From Okeania sp. (GTDB taxonomy: Bacteria; Cyanobacteriota; Cyanobacteriia; Cyanobacteriales; Microcoleaceae), in contig NZ_JAYKGW010000162.1 in assembly GCF_035285525.1 (NCBI RefSeq), positions 1 to 32,000 of the forward strand: a stretch of DNA of 32,000 nt, written 5' to 3'. Made by a program: the position numbers and the translations under genes. This document shows, piece after piece, positions 31,786 through 32,000 of the stretch. Under the pieces are notes generated by a model that saw only the letters and a program-made list of their open reading frames with translations, was not told the origin of the DNA and searched no databases. The stretch's first letter is position 1. Every line of letters begins with the position of its first letter.

Positions 31786-32000
31786 ATTGTGTTCCCTGCT
31801 CCCCAACGCTAAGGCGTTCATGTCGCGTTAGCGAAACAACCCAACCTACGCCTAAATTATTTAATTATTCGGTAAAAATATCGCAGTGCGGGCATCTTGC
31901 CCGCGATGAGTTTACCTCATAATATACGATTATTTCAATTATTCATTAGTAATTATTGATTATTCATTCGTAATGTTTTGTTGGGTTTCGTTGCCTCAAC

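Overview
AT-rich chromosomal segment that looks like a filamentous, Nostocales-type cyanobacterium. The evidence is more than 12 HIP1 octamers (GCGATCGC), heptameric STRR tracts, and intergenic DNA packed with small hairpin and MITE-like repeats. All calls come from reading the sequence and from motif memory; no searches were run. Region 1-11 kb is mostly housekeeping: a dihaem cytochrome c, an MBL hydrolase, yqeK-rsfS-ycf36-like genes, an asparaginase-II-family gene, a TPR protein and two alpha/beta hydrolases. It also holds an initiator tRNA-fMet(CAU) gene split by a 314-nt ORF-less group I intron. Region 11.7-26.4 kb is the most interesting part. It is a co-directional (+ strand) haem/redox island encoding: a ferrochelatase-family protein with a poly-His tail, a 3/3 globin, a membrane-anchored pentahaem cytochrome c translationally coupled to a secreted hexahaem cytochrome c, a Tll0287/DUF3365-like c-haem lipoprotein, a His-rich multi-TM protein, a TxlA-like thioredoxin, ResB, an unusually long (604 aa) CcsA and a Tat/lipobox Rieske protein. 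The globin-to-Tll0287 core is bracketed by inverted copies of one composite repeat and has two TGTA-N8-TACA (NtcA-type) boxes. The island is interrupted by small nuclease-like or addiction-like genes (four-helix-bundle protein, Uma2, PD-(D/E)XK-like, orphan ParD). Region 26.6-29.8 kb (- strand) encodes a 1058-aa FG-GAP / Calx-beta / PPC-domain protein, followed by a pentapeptide-repeat protein. No CRISPR array, transposase or rRNA was seen.
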